Below are positions 61,258 to 64,000 of a DNA stretch of 64,000 nt, piece after piece. Under the pieces are notes generated by a model. The model saw nothing but the letters and a program-made list of their open reading frames with translations, was not told where the DNA came from and did not search any database. A program made the position numbers and the translations under genes. The stretch's first letter is position 1; each line of letters opens with the position of its first letter. Origin of the DNA: a candidate division FCPU426 bacterium (GTDB lineage Bacteria; Oederibacteriota; PGYV01; Palsa-1178); NCBI GenBank assembly GCA_963840035.1, contig CAWIXE010000002.1, positions 896,001 through 960,000 on the forward strand, in the 5' to 3' direction.

Positions 61258-61887
61258 TTAAAGCACCACCTGCACCGTCCCCCTGTTCGCCGGCATGCCC
61301 GGCGCGCTTATCGTGTCTTCGCCGTCCAGCCCATTTGTCATTATTATCCAGTAACTGTTCCCTGGAATCAGCAGGAAATCCTGGCTATTCGCGTCGTTTG
61401 AAAGGGGGATTGTGTATCTGAGAGTCGTTATTCCGCCCGTTTCAGTGCCTGATACCGCTGATGTGTTGTCAATAACATCGGGGCTGTGGACATGAAAACC
61501 GCCGAACTGGTCGGATACGACGGTTGTTCCGCCTGAAACATAGCCGATAATAATGTTCGCGCCGTTCATCTGCGCCGCGGAATTAAATCCAAGGCCGATC
61601 CATCCCGTGGTGGGCGCGCTCACTACGCAGTCCAGGTTCGCGCCGTTTACCTTCCACCGGAACGTTATGCCGGCCGCTGACGCCGTGGAAAAGCCGTCAG
61701 GTGTGGGTGTGACGGTCGGAGTGAAAGTGAGAGTACGCGTCATGGAGGGCGTCAGCGATTGAGCAATGGTGGCGGTCATGGTTATCGCGGGCGTATTTGA
61801 CGGGCCCGCGGGATTTGTCTGTTTACTGCAAAAAGTCAGCAATAAAACAACAGCTGTCAAAAGCAAAACAGTAACGGCCTTTTTCAT
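61258..61887 (-). CDS. Thr-stalk lipoprotein with DOMON domain
   Basis: TFCSKQTNPAGP; PTTGWIGLGFN...MNGANIIIGYV, H..D. Confidence 0.78.
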   Translation of the reverse strand: MKKAVTVLLLTAVVLLLTFCSKQTNPAGPSNTPAITMTATIAQSLTPSMTRTLTFTPTVTPTPDGFSTASAAGITFRWKVNGANLDCVVSAPTTGWIGLGFNSAAQMNGANIIIGYVSGGTTVVSDQFGGFHVHSPDVIDNTSAVSGTETGGITTLRYTIPLSNDANSQDFLLIPGNSYWIIMTNGLDGEDTISAPGMPANRGTVQVVL

Positions 61888-61898
61888 TTATTCCCCCG

Positions 61899-62807
61899 CT
61901 AAGTTTTTTTATGCTTTAAAAACGTCCCGTTCTCATACTCATCAAAAGCCACGCGCAGCTCTTCCCTTGTGTTCATGACTATGGGCCCGTACCACGCGAC
62001 CGGCTCCTTTAAGGGTTTGCCGGAAATAAGCAGGAACCTCGCTCCTTTTATTCCCGCTTTTACGGTTATGCCGTCCCCGCCGGAGAATATTACGAGGTTT
62101 TCTTTTTCCGTAAAATCATTAATTGCTTCTGCCGCATAATACTTTTCCGGGTCACCTGTAAAATCCGCCGCCTGTTCGCCAAAATTACCGCTGCCTTCAA
62201 AGATAAATGCCATGGCCGCGTGGTCAGGGCTGATACTGCGCGTGAAAACAATTCCGGGTTCAAGCGTGATGTCCATGTATTCGGGGGCAATGACTATGTC
62301 CTTTACAGGTCCTGTAACCGCGTCTATTTTCCCGGCTACGACCCTTATGATTGCGCCGTCCGTTTTTACCACAGGTATGGCGCTGCTTTTGACTTCCCTG
62401 TACCGCGGTTCCATCATTTTATTTTTTGCCGGAAGGTTCGCCCACAGCTGGAAACCGTGCATAGCGCCCTTAGCCCCGCCTTTTGGCATTTCCTGGTGTA
62501 TGATGCCGCTGCCCGCCGTCATCCACTGCACATCACCCTGCGAGATGACGCCGCTGTTTCCCATGGAATCGCCGTGTTCCACCGCACCTTCGAGCATGTA
62601 TGTGATGGTCTCTATGCCGCGGTGCGGGTGCCATGGGAATCCGGCCACGTAGTCTGCCGGGTCATTTGACTTGAAATGGTCGAGCAGGAGGAACGGGTCT
62701 GCAGGGTTGTCAGGGGAAAAACCCAGCGCCCTTTTAAGTCTTACGCCCGCGCCTTCAAGCACGGGTTTCGCCCTTGTTATGGATTTTATCTTCATGTGAT
62801 TATTCAT
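61899..62807 (-). CDS. Pirin family protein
   Basis: DPFLLLD, GFPWHPHRGIETITY, QWMTAGSGIIHQE, GPIVMNT. Confidence 0.93.
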   Translation of the reverse strand: MNNHMKIKSITRAKPVLEGAGVRLKRALGFSPDNPADPFLLLDHFKSNDPADYVAGFPWHPHRGIETITYMLEGAVEHGDSMGNSGVISQGDVQWMTAGSGIIHQEMPKGGAKGAMHGFQLWANLPAKNKMMEPRYREVKSSAIPVVKTDGAIIRVVAGKIDAVTGPVKDIVIAPEYMDITLEPGIVFTRSISPDHAAMAFIFEGSGNFGEQAADFTGDPEKYYAAEAINDFTEKENLVIFSGGDGITVKAGIKGARFLLISGKPLKEPVAWYGPIVMNTREELRVAFDEYENGTFLKHKKT

Positions 62808-62832
62808 TTTAATATCACCTGAACTGAGGGCA

Positions 62833-63420
62833 TTATTTCCCGCCAGAATGGTTATGCATTACAAATTCCCAGTTGATAAGCGGCCAGAAAGCGTCCACGT
62901 ATTCCGCCCTTCTGTTGCGGTAATCTATGTAGTAGGCATGTTCCCATACGTCAAGCACCAGTAACGGCTTTTTCCCTTCTGTGAGGGGGTTGCCAGCGTT
63001 CTGGGTCTTCATGATGGAAATGCTGTCGCCAGCGTCATCCACGAGCCACACCCAGCCGGAACCGAAGACCTCCATCGCGGCTTTGGAAAATGCCCCCTTG
63101 AATCCGTCCAGCGAGCCAAACGACTTGTTTATAAGCAGTGTAAAGCCTTCGTCAAGCTCCGGTTCATGCTTCGTGCTAAGGCAGTTCCAGAAAAAGGAAT
63201 GGTTCCAGTGCTGCGCCGCGTTGTTAAAAACAGGGCCTGACGCCTTAAGTACTATATCGTCTAAAGCCATGTTTTCGAACTCAGTACCTTTTATAAGCCT
63301 GTTAAGGTTGTCCACGTAAGCTTTATGGTGCTTTCCATAATGGTACTCAAAAGTCTCGGCAGAAATCTTTGGCGCGAAAGCGCCTGTTGAAAAATGAAGA
63401 TTTGGAAGTTTATGTTCCAT
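62833..63420 (-). CDS. sodB: Fe/Mn superoxide dismutase
   Basis: YHYGKHH, FNNAAQHWNHSFFW, FGSGWVWL, DVWEHAYY. Confidence 0.9.
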   Translation of the reverse strand: MEHKLPNLHFSTGAFAPKISAETFEYHYGKHHKAYVDNLNRLIKGTEFENMALDDIVLKASGPVFNNAAQHWNHSFFWNCLSTKHEPELDEGFTLLINKSFGSLDGFKGAFSKAAMEVFGSGWVWLVDDAGDSISIMKTQNAGNPLTEGKKPLLVLDVWEHAYYIDYRNRRAEYVDAFWPLINWEFVMHNHSGGK

Positions 63421-63578
63421 GTGTGCCTCCTAAAAATGCGGTAAATATACCGGCAAGGGTTTTAGTTTAGAGGTTTGTTTGGAGTCCGTACTACAAATAT
63501 AGCATTAAAAACGGCAGTGTCAATGGTAAGCCGGAAAATAAATGTCGATTGCCTGTTGCCATTTTCATAATTAGGCGA

Positions 63579-63680
63579 TTGGTACCAGGCCTCAATTTAA
63601 CAGTTTGTGTATATAATCATGTGCAGCTGGACCATGCTCATTTTTATAACTATTGACCCTGGGTCTGGACCAATTTTTTA
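63579..63680. mobile_element. ~100-bp MITE/REPIN-like element (family C, degenerate)
   Basis: TTGGTACCAGGCCTCAATTTAACAGTT ... AACTATTGACCCTGGGTCTGGACCAA. Confidence 0.5.
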
Positions 63681-63745
63681 TCAACCTTTGCCAGCCCGGC
63701 CAAAATTGCCGGGCCCATAAGCAGGATGCCTGAAAGCAAAAATCC

Positions 63746-64000
63746 CTAGCACAAGTATTCCTTCCACGATATCGCGTGCGCGATACCCGGGGGTATCAGG
63801 ATAATCCATACAGCCACTCCTGCGGCTATGCAAGAGTAGGATGAGACGATGATAATCTTCCAGTTTTTCCTGAGCGTATCCCCCATTCTGCCCGATAAAG
63901 CATTTCCCAGCCATTTATAAGGCCCTTTTATCTGGGTTGAGGCAAAGATGGTATAAAGGAAAAAGAGGGTAAAAGCCACGCCGCCGCCGGTTAAAAAAAG
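63746..64000 (-). CDS. C-terminal part of a membrane protein entering from the window edge
   Basis: Frame open from 64000 to TAG at 63746, with two hydrophobic segments. Confidence 0.55.
   Translation of the reverse strand, partial: LFLTGGGVAFTLFFLYTIFASTQIKGPYKWLGNALSGRMGDTLRKNWKIIIVSSYSCIAAGVAVWIILIPPGIAHAISWKEYLC

Noticed and set aside
60733..63420. sod / pirin / DOMON / ferritin-like cluster as a novel system
   Set aside because: An ordinary oxidative-stress and iron gene neighbourhood with nothing unusual visible

Overview
A 64-kb bacterial accessory region with no core housekeeping operon and no rRNA, intact tRNA or CRISPR locus. Most genes lie on the minus strand. It has three overlapping layers. 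(1) About 12 lipoprotein genes and 2 secreted glycoside hydrolases (GH5, GH16), most built as signal peptide + Thr/Pro stalk + a different C-terminal domain. This style recalls Ca. Goldiibacteriota-like genomes, which is an inference only. (2) A visibly AT-rich defence-like island at about 19.3-34.5 kb: TM0106-type nuclease, DUF4238, and a UvrD-nuclease / type III Mod / Res operon whose Res carries two C-terminal S24 (LexA-like) domains, followed by Nmad3, a PD-(D/E)xK-like protein and a 2-TM-type channel-like protein. HipBA, MNT-HEPN, Bro-N, an AAA-DUF4143 ATPase and a TM-NTPase-TPR (Avs-like) gene lie nearby. (3) A dense set of intergenic repeats: GTAG-type REP hairpins, including tandem arrays of 8x121 bp and 4x209 bp; ~100-bp MITE/REPIN-like elements; and an IS30 with a 16-bp direct repeat. 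The most notable repeat is a co-oriented element (plus strand CAACACCGTGCCTTGACAATTGAC...) present 11 times between 31.7 and 50.2 kb. It usually sits just 5' of a gene or operon, and one copy is the end of a truncated Y1/REP-type transposase-like gene. This suggests a non-integron gene-cassette array. All domain calls come from motif recognition by eye, not database searches.
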